Assembly: GCA_035221665.1 (NCBI GenBank) | Contig: CM069140.1 | Span: 16,182,001-16,246,000 of the forward strand | Reading direction: 5' to 3' | DNA from: Okamejei kenojei | Lineage: Eukaryota | DNA length: 64,000 nucleotides | Part shown: piece after piece, positions 13,996-24,849 of the stretch | Numbering within the stretch: position 1 is the stretch's first letter | Layout of the letters: each line of letters starts with the position of its first letter | Notes under the pieces: model-generated | Seen by the model: the letters and a program-made list of their open reading frames with translations, nothing else | Database searches by the model: none | What the model was told of the DNA's origin: nothing | Program-made: the position numbers and the translations under genes

Positions 13996-14713
13996 GCGAC
14001 TGTTCTCATCCAAGGACAGAGGAATTGTCTAAATGAAATAGAAAGATTAATCGATGGCCTCTGTCTCTACCAAGACCTATACCGCATAAATGTGTTTATT
14101 GAAAATGTATGTAAAGACTCAAAATTAATATCATACAAAACTTTGGAAGTGGTTCAGTTCTTCCTTCATAATGAAACTGCTTCTGAAAATTCTTCATGAA
14201 TCATGTTTATTGAATCTATCATGGATAACGTTCTGTATTTTAATCTTTTGCAAGGCTTATTTTTGGAAGGCTTAGATGTTTAACTTAATCGTTTTGAGAA
14301 ACTGCTGATAAATGCCAAGCAATTAATGTAACCTAAAGGCCCTCGAAGATTTCAAATTTTTTTCTTCAGTTTGTTATTAAGTTTATTAACATTTCTATTA
14401 GTAGTACCATGTTCTAGTTAATCTGATTTTGGTGTTCTTGAGTAGCTGAGAATTGAATAGTCAATAGAATTTGAACAACATATTGTAGCCTTGGTTTTCC
14501 AGTGTGGTGCACCGAGGTGGCGTAGTGGTAGAGTTGCTGCCTTATGGTGCTTGAGACCCGGGTTCGATACTGACTGGGTGCTGTCTGTACAGAGTTCATT
14601 CTCACTGTGAACGTGTGGGTTTTTGTCCGGGTGCTCTAGTTTCCTCCCACACTCCAAAGACATGCAGGTTTGTAGAATAATTGGCTTCTGTAAATTGTCT
14701 CTACTGTGTAGGG

Positions 14714-15813
14714 CAGCGTTTCTCAACTGGGGTTCCCCGAAACGCTAGGATTCCGCGAGAGGTTGCTAGGGGTTCCGAGAGAAATTGTGATAAACTAGAC
14801 CAGGCCCGCGGACCGGATGCGGCCCACGAAGGGAGCCAGACAAAGGGGCTCGCCATCATCCCGCGTGACTGACATCAGGCTGGCCCTATAGGAGAAGGGA
14901 CTGGGCAGTCAGCTGTGGCCAATGAGGGAGGGGGTGGGCACTGAGTGGAGTTAGGCTGCACGGAGCTGCTGGGTGCTGTGAGGAAACAAAAACAACATTG
15001 CAGCAGGGCGGGTTGCACGAAGGATACTTTTCTCCTTACACCGTGTGGAGCAGCATGGCGGAGGAGAGAGCTCAGCCGACCGCAAAGCATCTCTGTTCTA
15101 GGCCCTTCCCAGTCTCCCGATCGTCCCAGAAACCCGCACTGACTGGGTGAGGTCTCTCTTGGATGCCAGCGCTAACAATTTGTTTCGTTACGTCTACATT
15201 TGTGTCTGCTAATGTTCGATTTCAAATGGTTTATTAATGGAAAGGGTGTGACTCTCAAAACAATCTTAGCCAAAATAGCATAGTTTTTTCTCTCTCTCAT
15301 CACAACTTTCTTGTAGCCTACGACTGTAAGTTAAGACCAATCATGAAAGTAATGCTTGCTAGGCAATCGTCTTTATAAGAACTCGTAAAAGGTAAACACT
15401 TTGTAGTTATGACACATGAGAGCAGGTTGAAAAAACGAAGGCAACGAAACCTGTGGGAGTATGCGTTCGCGCGTGCACAACTGATCCAGCCTGCGTGAAG
15501 TCGCATTTTGCCCAATCCGGCCCGTGACCTAAAATGAGTTTGACTCCCGTGAACTAGACCCGGCACCCCTCCCCCAATGCAATATTCACACTCACCTATA
15601 CACAACGCTGGATGTTAAAATGGCGATCCCGGCCCCGCAATCCTCCCACAACTGCGCGGGCACGGCTGATGGGTCTCTGTTGTGACGCCAGAGATTGCTG
15701 TTGTGAAGCGAGTCAAAATGGCGGCAGGCCCGGCAACCCCAAATTCAGGGGTTCCCTGAGACATGAAAATTATTTCAAGGGTTCCGCAAGGGTAAAAAGG
15801 TTGAGAAAAGTTG
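14714..15813. mobile_element. Non-autonomous hAT (Charlie/Buster-like) element
   Basis: TIR CAGCGTTTCTCAAC ... GTTGAGAAAAGTTG; 8-bp TSD GTGTAGGG/GTGTACGG. Confidence 0.85.
14801..15551. mobile_element. Second non-autonomous hAT element nested in the first
   Basis: Perfect 8-bp TSD AACTAGAC (14793-14800, 15552-15559); end GAGTTTGACTCCCGTG; GGCCCG subterminal motifs; left TIR partly deleted. Confidence 0.8.
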
Positions 15814-16351
15814 GTGTACGGGATCGTTGGTTGGCATGGACTCGCTGGGCCAAAGGGCCTGTTTCCACACTGTACCTCCAAACAAAAATGCAGAATTTGA
15901 AGTGTTCATCAACTCATAGATTGTTGTTCTACTAAATATATGAATTAATCTTTTTGGTAAGCATTAAGCAAAAATTCCAAAAAATAATCATCTTTAGAGC
16001 ATGGTATTTTAAATTTCTAAACATTTATGCAAGTTGCAACATTTCTTGCTGGGAGATGGATCTTTGTTTATACGTGAATGGCTGTCATTGTCATCCTTCT
16101 AGAACGTCTAGTATGTATTGTCATAATGTGACATTTGAAATGGTAAGATTTAACAGCTAAAAATGTTTGTCACAAAGTTATTGAATGTGATTACAGCTGT
16201 GAGTTTAAAAGGTTGAATATTTTTACAGCATGTTTTAGCATTTGAAGTATATAGTTGATAAATTTTTCATGTGAATGCTTTTTTTTGTTTCATCTTAATT
16301 GTTTTCCATGTGCATTATGTCCCGTTTCCCCATTGTCTGTTTCCCATTTAG

Positions 16352-16673
16352 CTTCTCCATAAACTCCAGGCTAGGCAGTTCACTAGGGAATCTGTATGCT
16401 GCCCCTGATGAACCTGACAACTTCATGACATCAACTCCCAGGCCAAGTTTTGCAGCTGGTTATTCCACCAACCAGCCATATAACAACTCGCAGATTCCTG
16501 CGAGATTGTACCAAGAACTGAATAACAACAACTACTACAGCAAATCCAACAGTGGCACTTCCTGCACTGTCCCCATCAATCCTTGTTCCCGTCCGAAGGA
16601 CGATTACATCTGTAGAACCACCTACGGTGGCCTCAGTCCTGGCACCATGCGATACCTAAGTCGCTCGCATCCC
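16352..16673 (+). CDS. CDC14A: CDC14A penultimate coding exon (FSINSRLGSSLGNL...YQELNNNNY...RYLSRSHP)
   Basis: TTTAG acceptor, GTAAGT donor; matches CDC14A SFSINSRLASSLGNL / YPELNNNQY / RFLSRSIP. Confidence 0.95.
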
Positions 16674-19600
16674 GTAAGTTTACATGCATTTGTGCTTTAC
16701 AAGCTGTCATAAAAGGTTTTTATTGGTTTTCCATTTATTGAGGTAAAATGGCATCTTGTATGTGGAGTAGCTAAAATAGTGCTCTTCGCTTTGAATTTTA
16801 ATTTACATAAAAATGTGCTCATTTATCAGCATTTTAATTTTTTTTAAATCATAAATACCATGTGACTATCGCAGAATTGTGCTCCGCTGGGATGCCATTG
16901 AAGTCAATTACTTGATTAAAACTTTATGTCAAGCCACCTTGCACGTAGGTGAGAAGCAGTCTCCTGAAATCTATTCAGATCTGTGTCAGTAAAGGACTGA
17001 TGCTTCACAGATGATATGACTCAAGATTTAGGGTGGTTTTAATTAAGAATTAATCTTCTGACCTCCCAGACTTTATATTCTGCTCTGCTTATTGCATTTG
17101 ACTTGTTCATTGATTTTTTTTCAGCTCTTGGCTTTAACAAAATAGAATAATTTTAATATACATTAAATTATATTTACCCCTTTAAATAAAGTACCAGCAG
17201 ACAGTGTAGATATAAGAAACTGCAGGTGTTGGTTTGCCAATAAAAGCACAAAGTACTGAAGTAACAGTGCGTCAGGTGGCATCTCTGGAGAACATTGATA
17301 GGCAACGCTTCTGATCTGAAGAAGGATTTCAACTCAACCTCTCCTATCCATGTTCTATAGAAGTACTGCCTGGTCCGCTGAATTACTCTAGCACTTTGTG
17401 TCTTTTTTTTACAGCAGGTAGTGTACGCCCTCCTCCTAGTTCTACTTAAATAACTTTGTGTGATGTTTGTGTGTATGTCCTGCCCCAAACACTGCATTAC
17501 ATAATTTACTTTACGGAGTGATGATCTAACATGACAGTGCTAACCATATGCAAATAGCATTACGGAGACCTACATTATGAGGGAGGGGGGGATTTCTCTT
17601 CCATTAAATTGTAATTTCACCATGTTTAGCTGTCACCTGCAGATGAATGTCCAATCAAAGAACAATGCGACATGCATTCCTGAAAACTGGGTAACAGTGT
17701 CACTTGTATAATAGTATTCAAATCTTGGTTTAACTCCGGTCTGCTGGAATGCTTTGAAATGCCAACCACTCTCCACACTGCCTTCCATGTTATTATCCTG
17801 AAACATAGAAGGTAGGGTGGTCAGTTTATCAATTCATGCTTGAGTTGGGGGGGAGTGAAAGGTGGAAGAGACCAGACAGTCTGGCAAGTAATAGGTGGAT
17901 AGTCACACTATCATTCTACCATTCATTATCTTGAAACGTAGAAGGTAGGGTGGCCAGTTTATCAATTCATGATACTGTCCATCTGTGGAAAACTGTTCCC
18001 AAGGTTAATACATTACTCCAGATCAAACTATAAACAGTAGTTAACTGCAGGAAAGTCTTGTAGATGTTATTTGCGTTCTAGTTTGCATCATGTTTTTTAC
18101 ATCATTAATTTTTAATCCTAAAAAAAGAAATGCATTTTGTAAATGTACTGAAGTCTTCATGAGTGCAATGATCTCCTTAAGGTATAACACCAATTGCTTG
18201 GTAATTCGGTTTATCATTTTGAGCAGATGTTTTTCACTGAAACACAATTCTACTTCCTAACATGGCATTGAATAACCTTTTAAAGTGCTATTTATAAAGC
18301 ACTTTGCTATGTATTCATCGTGTCCTAGAGGAGTTGAAATATGTATACTTCCAGTCAATCATTTCTAATTACCAAGATCCTGATCACTCTTTTGCCCTAA
18401 AGATTTTTGTGTGATTTAAATATGCACTACCATATATAGAACTGTAAATGTGTCATGTATTATTACCACTTTATTCACATGCTTTTTTATGTTGGTCAAA
18501 GCAAGTCAGACACTTGCTGAATAAGTCTATATCTTTCAGTCCTTGCATTGTTCCCCTTCCCCTCTCTGTTCATACCATCCTCTGCTAGATCTGTTGCAAT
18601 TAGCAAAGGCTTCACCGGCCTATCTCGCACTAGTCCACAGTTGGTATCAGTTGGTATTTCTTTTGTCTCCAACCCATCTCAGATATTCCTTCTCTCTTCT
18701 AAAACGGCATTGACCTGAAACATTAACAGTTTCTTTCTCTACCAATGCTGCCAGGCTTGCTGAATATTTCTATATTTTCCATTTTGATTTCAGATTTCCA
18801 ACATTTGCAGTAGTTTGCTTTCTAGTTTTGCACCTTGTTGGGTCTAGAATCGTAACCATTTTAAGTATGTGTGCTGCTACTTGCAAGAAAGAAATAAGCA
18901 GTGTAGACAAGTTAAATGGATTCCTTTTTGATCGATGTTATAACTTTTTTGTTTATATTTGGAGAATGTACGAAATGAGGAAGACCAGACAAATCTATTC
19001 TAGTTTAATAAATGATCTTTGATCACTGGCAAGCAAAAAAATATGAGTTTGGCTGCTCAGTGAGCAGTAGTGAAAGTCCCTCCATTCTGAAGGTTGAGTG
19101 TGGTGTTTCAATTTTTGTGGACAATTCAGAAAACATGTGATTTTTCACTAATTTAAATTAATTATTAACACTTTAATGATTTGTGGTGCAGAAGAAGGCC
19201 TTTCGGCCCATCATGTCAGACAAAAATTGTATTCAACCTAATGCTTTCTTTTTGCACTTGAGCTGGAGCCCGCAGGTCCACTATTCTTCAAATACACTCC
19301 GAAAGTAATTAGTGACAGCATTTTCTTCATCTCCCTCTAAGCTTTTACCAAGTACTTAAAAACAAAACCTAAGAGGCCTAGATTTGAACTCTGCTACTAA
19401 GAAAAGTAGATCCTTCCTATTCAGGGTAATCAAATATGATGTATGTCTCCTTTTTCCTGATCAGAGCTTCAACATCTCTTTTGAGGGTTCCTTAAAATTG
19501 CCTGCGTTTCACTTCACCCTGACAGGAACATGCTGCCCTTATATAAGAATTGGTCCTAATGCAAAAAAATGGACTAACCCAGTGTGCCAGCTTGATCGGC

Positions 19601-20826
19601 ACGGGCAATGTGGGCCAAAGGGCCTGTTTCCGTGTTGTTTAACTCTACGACTCTACATTTTCTGGGCACTTTGCAACTTTTTATACCCAAATTGTGTATT
19701 TCTTAAGCTTTATCTTTCAACAAACACAACCCTAACCTCGGAAATCTTTCCTCATAGCTACAATTTTTCAATACTTGCAATGTCCTCCTAAATTTTCTTT
19801 GAGCTCTCTCGAAAACAATTGCATCTTATCCGTAATACAACCAGAGCCACTGTACTTAATCTTTTGTCTCAGTAATGTCACATATAGTTCCAGCGAACCA
19901 TCCCTGCTCATATAATCTCTAGCTCAGCTAACAAAGAAAAAGTTTCATTTTTATGACTAAACAGCTGCTGGGATCTAATCAAAACCTTTGCTAAAATCTA
20001 TGTGGAGCACATCAAACCCTTCTTGTTACCTTGTTGAAAAATTCAATTAAGTTAGTCAATATGAGACTTCTGTTAAATGCATTGTCTCTTTCTAAATTAA
20101 AGCACATTATTTTTCCTTGAATAGATTTTAATGATTAATCTCTTTCTAAATCAAAGCACATTATTCTCCTTTTAGAAAGATGTTAATAGTTTTCTAACCA
20201 CCAAACTTAAGATAGCCGTCTTAAAATGACTTAATTTATCCCCTCCTGTCTTAAATAACATATGCAGCTAAATTAAATGGTGTCCCTTGAATAATAGACC
20301 CTTAATTAAGTTTTCTTATTTCTTAGTTTTTTTTTCCTTTTTCTACTAAAGGTATGGATTCCTTTCTACAACATGATTAAATAATTGACAAGTTAGCCTC
20401 CCATTCTTTTTCTAACACCAAATATCCAACCAGCAACAGTGAGGCTGGATGTTGAGTTTGGATATATTTAATGGCGATATCCATAATCTCGCAGTTTTCT
20501 AAACTCAAGCCAACATCTGTTGTGGATCTCCAGACGAGAATGCTAAGATTCTGGACCAGGAACTCTTCCCAAGTCTTTCCCCTACTTCTCATCCCAGTAT
20601 TTCTATTTTGAGCTCTGCTGGTTTGCCTCTCCCCTACAATTCAACCTGGCTAAGTGTTTAAAAACTCGACGGTTCAACCTGGCTGAGTGTTAACAACCCT
20701 AGAGTCAATCCTTTGAGCATGTACAGTGCATTGATTTTGTTGACGTGCTATTGAACACTTTCAAATGTTCCTGTAACATTCAAAAAATATATAAATGTTC
20801 TTAGCTGAAGTTTTTTTCTTTTGCAG

Positions 20827-20856
20827 TCACTTCAGTCTGAATATGTTCAGTACTAA
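20827..20856 (+). CDS. CDC14A: CDC14A terminal coding exon (SLQSEYVQY*)
   Basis: Long T tract + GCAG acceptor; matches the CDC14A terminus SLQSEYVHY. Confidence 0.95.
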   Translation, partial: SLQSEYVQY

Positions 20857-22835
20857 AGCATCACTACTCCGCTGAAAATGGAAAATATTGTGGCTGAAAA
20901 GCAAGGAAACTGAACTGAAGACTAACCTTCTTGGGCTAGAAACTAGGGAACCTTTATTTTAAGAATTTGTAAAGGGTCAGAAATTGCTGCATTGCACCAG
21001 CAATACTTTGGAAATGACTTTTCATGACTGCATCAAGTATTGGGAGCTGATAAAGCAGTATTGCTGAAATATAAGATTCCAGTTAATGACCAATTCTCCT
21101 TTTAGCTGCACTGTTATAAACAGTAATTTAACTAACATGAGCTGACGTGAAGCTAGACAGCTGAATGGCTGCAAGTAAGACTAGACTTAGGGTTCTTGTA
21201 AAGCATCCTGCAAGATCCTAAATAAAAATAAAACCTAGGAATATAATAACCCTCCAAAGCTTATGTAACACCGAATGAACCATAATAAGGTGCATTATAG
21301 CAATGAGAATGTAGAAGATGGTCCTGTACTTCTTCCATAGCCTTAAACAACAACTCAGCAGTAGTGATGGAGGCACATGGTTTTATAGTCTTAAGACATA
21401 ACAATCTTTGCTTTCCAGTGTTTGCTGCCACTTGCACTTTGCGGCAGTCACATTGCACAATATAGCTATTTTTAGCCAAGGGAGCATTTTACGTCATAGA
21501 GTGCTCTGTAGCAGCAGAAGAACAGAGATCAATTTAATGTCATTTTAAGTGTGCACAAGTCTATTGTCCAGTCAACTACAATATCAGTGAGGTACAATGA
21601 TCAGAGGCATTATGGAAGAAAGGATAAGTGTAGAAGTGGTGAAAATTAAATCTAAACATAAACCATGCTTCCAAATTAGATGGACAGAAATTATATTGAG
21701 TTTAATCTTCAATTAGAATAAAACACAACTTACAACAATAAACAGATTTCTGATATTAGATTTTATTTACAGAAATTATTTTTTTAAAGAAGCTGATTAT
21801 ACAATTCAGTCCTATTTTCAATTGTGCACTTAAAATTCACTTAAGATGTGTGTAAATGTACAGTTACAAACTTTTAATGTAAGGTGTGAAATATGACACC
21901 TGCATGGAAAGTGAAATTAGATTTATTTTTTGGTTTGAAGGTCTGTTTTATAAAATTCTTACCATTTTTTCACTTTGATAGTTATGTATATTATATGTGG
22001 TATTTTAAATAAAAACTATTGGATTTGGCCTGTTCTTTCCAGATGATCTATTGTATTGGCATTTCAGTGTTTAAGTAAACGTAACATTTAGGTAAGAACA
22101 ATGTAAATCAAAAGTAATTTCTTTATTTCTCCCTTTCTGATCTGTATAGTTCAAAATATGAAATATTTTGGACCGGTTATGTCCTTTTTTGGAAAATATA
22201 TACTTTTTAGCTTGTACAAATGACTAATTAATAAAGTGGTGAGGCAACTTGGAAAGATACCTAAAAAAACTTTTTTTTTTAAACAACATGGTTGAGAGAT
22301 GAATTGTGGATGCGAGCAGCTAGGTATGCAAAAAAAAGCCTTTGATTTTTAAATATGTGTTTTAAAGAAATTTCTAAATCAACTTAAGCAAAACCTTGTT
22401 TGTAGTGTTGTATAAAAAAAACTATTTTAATATGGCAGTAAAATCATTGTGAAACGTTTGTTTGTGATATATTTTCTCATTGTAATCTGTAATTTCTGTT
22501 TGAAATAATGGTTGTATATTTTAACAATATGTAGGCAGCGGAAGTGTATTGTCAAGATTCTACCTCTTGAAAAGATATTTGATCGAGAGCTTGAAGCTCT
22601 TGTGTTTTCCATGTTTGGCATGAGGTTTAAAAATTTTTATGCTAATTTTCTTAACCATAGGCCAGTATTTTTTTAAAGTACCCAATTAAAGTTGCAATTT
22701 AAATAAGTAATTGTGTCTGTGTTTGCTTTTACTGCTTCAATAGCGCTATTTTGGCAACTAAGGTCTTTGTGTTGCTGAGTTGTTTGAGATCAGTCGCAGT
22801 ATTAATGTATAATAAAGTGTTTTTTTACCGAATCC
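20857..22835 (+). other. CDC14A: Probable CDC14A 3' UTR with several AATAAA signals (e.g. 22008, 22230, 22811)
   Basis: Repeat-poor, AT-rich stretch after the stop codon; exact end unknown. Confidence 0.6.
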
Positions 22836-23836
22836 CTCTTTAATTATTTGTCTAATAACCAGAGTAAACCAGTGTCTTTGGTTCAATTTTCAAAGAAGTA
22901 ACAAAGGGGGTCAATGAGGGTAATGTGGTTAGGTAGTCTAGATGAATTACAGTAAAGGTTTTGATAAGGTCCCATATCCAGGGCAATTTGGTAAAATGCC
23001 TTCCACTCCAGAACCAAATTTTTACCAACCTCTGTTCAAGCTGTGGTTGCAGGTGATGATTGTAAATATGTATTTGGAATAATTCAAAATCCGTATCATA
23101 CAGCAAGGAAACAACACATCCACGCTGACCAATGCTCCCATCAAAGCTAGTTCCGTTTGCCCATGTTTGACCCATATCCCTCTAAACCATGTGCCTGTCC
23201 AAATGCATTTTTATTGTCCCTGCCTCGTTCCTCTGGCAGCTAATACCATACACCCACATCCATACACCCACCATCCTCTGTGGAAAAAGTTGCCCCTCAT
23301 GTTCCCATTAAATGTTTCCCGTCACCTTAATGAAGCATAAAAGGATGGATCTTTTACTTGATATCAACAGACAAAGGTTCTCTACTAATCTGCCACCTGT
23401 GCAGCAGTACCTGAGGCCAAAGGTCCGCAATGATTCACAGAATCATAAAGCACTGAAGTGGCCTCTTCACCTGAACTTCCCCGTGCCGAACAAGATGTTT
23501 CATCTACACTAATTCCACCTGCCCACATTTGGCACACATTCCTCTAAACCTTTTCTCTCCATGCACCTGTCCAAATGTTTTTGAAATTTTGTTCTAGTAC
23601 CTGCCTCAACTATCTCCTCGTGCAACTCAGTCCATAAACCCACTACCCTCTGTGTGAAATGTTGTCCTCAGGTTCCTGTTAAATCTTTTCCTACTGATCT
23701 TAAGCCTATGTCCTCTAGTTCTTTGTTCCCCAACCCTGGGTAAACTGAGCGGAGGTGTTCAGTCCTCATCTACTGTATCCGCTGTTCCAGCTGACAACTT
23801 CTGTACATTGGCGAGACCAAGCTCAGGCTTGGCGAT

Positions 23837-23972
23837 TTTCTTCTTGCATATGGCGTGCACAGCCTAAAGTTGTAGGACAACTTGTTCTGTTTGATCTTCT
23901 GTTCGTGCGCACTAGGTTGATTGCATTAGTCGAAACAGGGTGGACCACTTGAAGGTTGCAATCTGCCCCCCC
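23837..23972 (-). mobile_element. Short ribozyme-headed retroposon, copy 1
   Basis: 12-bp TSD AGGCTTGGCGAT (23825-23836, 23973-23984); (GAA)n tail; near-identical second copy at 49576-49716. Confidence 0.9.
23919..23972 (-). ncRNA. Putative minimal HDV-like (CPEB3-type) self-cleaving ribozyme
   Basis: GGGGGGG-CA-GAUUGCA-ACC-UUCAAGU-GGU-CCACCCU-GUUUCGA-C-UAA-UGCAAUC: 7-bp P1 with G1-U wobble (one mismatch), 7-bp P2, 3-bp P3, 7-nt L3, J4/2 CUAA. Confidence 0.8.
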
Positions 23973-24821
23973 AGGCTTGGCGATCGTTTCGCTGAACACC
24001 TCCACTCAGTCCGCCTTAACCTACCTGATCTCCCGGTTACTCAGCACTTTAACTCCCCCTCCCATTCCCAATCTGACCTTTCTGTCCTGGGCCTCCTCCA
24101 TTGTCAGAGTGAGGCCCAGCGCAAATTGGAGGAACAGCACCTCATATTTAGCACAAATGCCTTGTAGACAACATCTATGGCTTTACCCTCATCTGAAGAA
24201 GGGGTCTTGACCTGAAACGTCACCTATGCATGTTTTCCAGAGATGCTGCCTGACCTGCTCAGTTACTCCAGCCCATTCTAATCTTTTTGGCTACTTCTTC
24301 AAAGAATTTGATCAGATGCAAATCAGTTTTGTAAGAGACGATTCCCTAGAAAACTAATTCCTTCCCATTACTTTGGGGATCACTTAACTCATTATGAACA
24401 AAGGCAGACATCAATGTTCTAATTCACCCACCTTTCAGTGTTCCAGAACAATCTTTGAACATCATATGGCAAGAGTATTTGAAGATCAAATGAGAAAAGG
24501 CTGCAGTTTTATCAGGTAGCAGTCATACGCACCGTGTGTATAATTCTGAGACTTGAAATTACTTATAGCAGGGGCATTAATGCACAAGAGATAAAACTAA
24601 TGCTGCCTCTGCAAAATCTTGCAAATTATCAGATGAACTGAGGAAAAACTTCAAGGATGTACTTGAAGCCTCCTTACAAACGTAAATGTCCCCATTAATT
24701 CCTTGGAATCACTGGTTGGTTAGCACTCAAAATGTAAAATGAGCATACTACTGGGAAGGTAGATAAAAATGCTGGAGAAACTCAGCGGGTGAGGCAGCAT
24801 CTATGGAGCGAAGGAATAGGT

Positions 24822-24849
24822 GACGTTTCGGGTTGAGACCCTTCTTCAG
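24822..24849 (-). ncRNA. Minimal hammerhead-ribozyme-like core in a Penelope terminus
   Basis: CUGAAGA-A-GGGU-CUCA-ACCC-GAAAC-GUC. Confidence 0.6.

Larger units (their letters stand above)
14509..15885 (+). mobile_element. HE1/V-like SINE split by a hAT insertion (SINE parts 14509-14713 and 15814-15885)
   Basis: tRNA head with GGGTTCGATAC, V core; CR1-like tail GGGCCAAAGGGCCTGTTTCCACACTGTA resumes after the insert. Confidence 0.8.
23760..24275 (+). mobile_element. Penelope-like GIY-YIG fragment and terminus, interrupted at 23837-23972
   Basis: LYIGETKLRLGD | RFAEHLHSVRLNLPDLPVTQHFNSPSH; hammerhead-like core at 24193-24221. Confidence 0.85.

Noticed and set aside
14509-14580. tRNA gene
   Set aside because: tRNA-like head continues into a SINE core and LINE tail; no full cloverleaf
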